This document shows, in pieces, positions 62,364-64,000 of a stretch of 64,000 nucleotides of DNA; within the stretch, counting starts at the first letter, position 1, and every line of letters starts with the position of its first letter. Under the pieces are notes generated by a model. That model made no database searches. It saw only the letters and a program-made list of their open reading frames with translations, and was not told the DNA's origin. Where the stretch lies: positions 67,146,001 to 67,210,000 of the forward strand of contig OX597818.1 of the NCBI GenBank assembly GCA_951406725.2. Reading direction: 5' to 3'. The DNA comes from Octopus vulgaris (taxonomy: Eukaryota). The translations under genes and the position numbers were made by a program.

Positions 62364-62770
62364 CAGGAGTGGCTGTGTGGTAAGTAGCTTGCTTACCAAC
62401 CACATGGTTCCGTGTTCAGTCCCACTGCGTGGCACTTTGGGCAAGTGTCTTCTACTGTAGCCTCGGGCCGACAAAAGCCTTGTGAGTGGATTTGGTAGAC
62501 GGAAACTGAAAGAAGCCTGTCGTATATATGTATATATGTATATATGTATATATGTACGTGTGTTTGTGTGTATGTGTTTGTCCCCCTAGCATTGCTTGAC
62601 AACCGATGCTGGTGTGTTTACGTTGTCGTCACTTAGCGGTTCGGCAAAAGAGATCGATAGAATAAGTACTGGGCTTACAAAGAATAAGTCCCGGGGTCGA
62701 ATTGCTCGACTAAAGGCGGTGCTCCAGCATGGCCGCAGTCAAATGACTGAAACAAGTAAAAGCGTAAAAG
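62364..62770 (+). mobile_element. SINE family B, full length
   Basis: tRNA-like head GGAGTGGCTGTGTGGTAAG...GTTCAGTCCC, core TTGGGCAAGTGTCTTCTACT, internal TA/TG run and tail GAAACAAGTAAAAG; several relatives in the window. Confidence 0.85.
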
Positions 62771-62793
62771 ATATATACATATATATATATTTA

Positions 62794-62877
<84 letters not shown>

Positions 62878-62879
<2 letters not shown>

Positions 62880-63239
62880 TAGCAGTATCGCCCGGCGTTG
62901 CTCAGGTTTGTAAGGGAAATAACTATAAAGCATTTTTAGAGAGTTATAGCCAAAAAATAGCAAAAAAATGATGGTAAATTTTTTTTTAATCTAAAAAAGG
63001 TGGAGTTGCGTTCCCTAGACAGTTTGTGGTTCATGTTTCTGATTCTCGACCCCATGTCGAATCTATCGATTTTTTTCAAGACTGGGGGAACATTTCAAAA
63101 TTTTCGCTGTGTTAGTTTTGAATTATGACATTGGGCTATGTGTGTGTCAGGTTTCATCAGAATCGGTTGAAAGCCGTGGTCAGGGTGAGGGTACAAGCAA
63201 ACAGACACACAGAAACACGCACAGACAAACTGCCGTTTA

Positions 63240-63242
<3 letters not shown>
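62878..63242 (+). mobile_element. Non-autonomous Helitron/Helentron-like element in (TA)n
   Basis: 5' ACTAGCAGTATCGCCCGGCGTTGCTC, subterminal GTTTCATCAGAATCGG, a CAGA-type tract and a TTTATATAT end; layout like Lep1/DINE-type elements. Confidence 0.6.
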
Positions 63243-63304
<62 letters not shown>

Positions 63305-63616
63305 GGTGGTGGAAAATGCATGAAATGCTTATAGAACGTACTCGCATGGCAGACACTAAGACCCTATCCCTTCATCGGTTAATGCCTTTGACCAAGTAGA
63401 TCATGGGAAAATATGTCACAAAATTTTTGTTTCTGCCGTTATCACTGGTAGACCGGGTGAGTGCCTGCATGATTTCCTGAAGGGCAGATGTCAGGCTGTC
63501 ACAGCAAATGGTGCTCTCTCTAAAGTGGCACCAATCTTTAGTGGAGCCCCGAAGGGAGCAGGGCTGGGTCCACCACTGTTTCTGGTTGCTTTCTAAGACT
63601 GGCTTCAATCACAGAG

Positions 63617-64000
63617 TCAGTCATACTCACAAGCTACGCCGATGATACAAAAGTATCGCACGCGCTCAAGGATGCTACTAACATCCCGAGAATGCAGAAT
63701 GACCTGAACGCGATACATAAATGGGCTGATGAGAATGATATGCTGTTCAATGGCGCAACATTTCAAACACTCCGCTTTCAGCCCACAAACAAACAGCTGG
63801 AGTAAACAGGACCAGTAGGCAATGTAATGCAAGAGTTAGAGTCGGTGCGTGACCTGAAATTTCCACATGACCAACGACACAAATTTAATGTTGCTCAGAT
63901 GGCAACAGTATGCATGCAGGTGGCAGGTTGGATCCTTAGAACCTTCAGGAACAGTAGCAGGGACACAATTCGTCTGCTTTGGAGAACCTTTGAGCAAAGT
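63617..64000 (+). pseudogene. CR1/L2-group LINE RT fragment running off the window end
   Basis: SYADDTKV...MQNDLNAIHKWADENDMLFN...SVRDL...GWILRTF; contains a stop and a frameshift. Confidence 0.8.

Noticed and set aside
63310-63610. Possible inverted 5' part of the terminal CR1-like LINE
   Set aside because: Composition fits, but I could not read a diagnostic motif.

Overview
AT-rich, microsatellite-dense animal genomic DNA with no recognisable intact host gene. The tRNA-derived SINE families and simple-repeat load suggest an octopus/cephalopod genome (inference). The only intact long ORF belongs to a 5'-truncated R4/Dong-clade non-LTR retrotransposon (RT plus restriction-like endonuclease, about 10.4-13.2 kb) inserted in an (AAT)n tract. 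The rest is layered mobile DNA: older R4/Dong, RTE, CR1-like and Penelope RT fragments, many SINEs, a mariner nested in an older mariner, a Tc1-type MITE, a Helitron-like element and an L1/Tx1-like insert with a 15-bp TSD. Most notable: (1) a young 493-bp tandem-plus-foldback array at 24.2-26.3 kb carrying five type I hammerhead ribozyme motifs (retrozyme/Penelope-like); (2) a composite of tRNA head, (AAT)n, minimal hammerhead and inverted 5' end, present twice; (3) several small foldbacks in TA microsatellites; (4) decayed, apparently intronless coding relics resembling an SF3/NS1-like helicase and several PARP1-like domains in non-canonical order, possibly a fossil virus or large mobile element. 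Relic assignments rest on hand-read motifs in frameshifted sequence and need HMM confirmation. SINE and relic boundaries are approximate.
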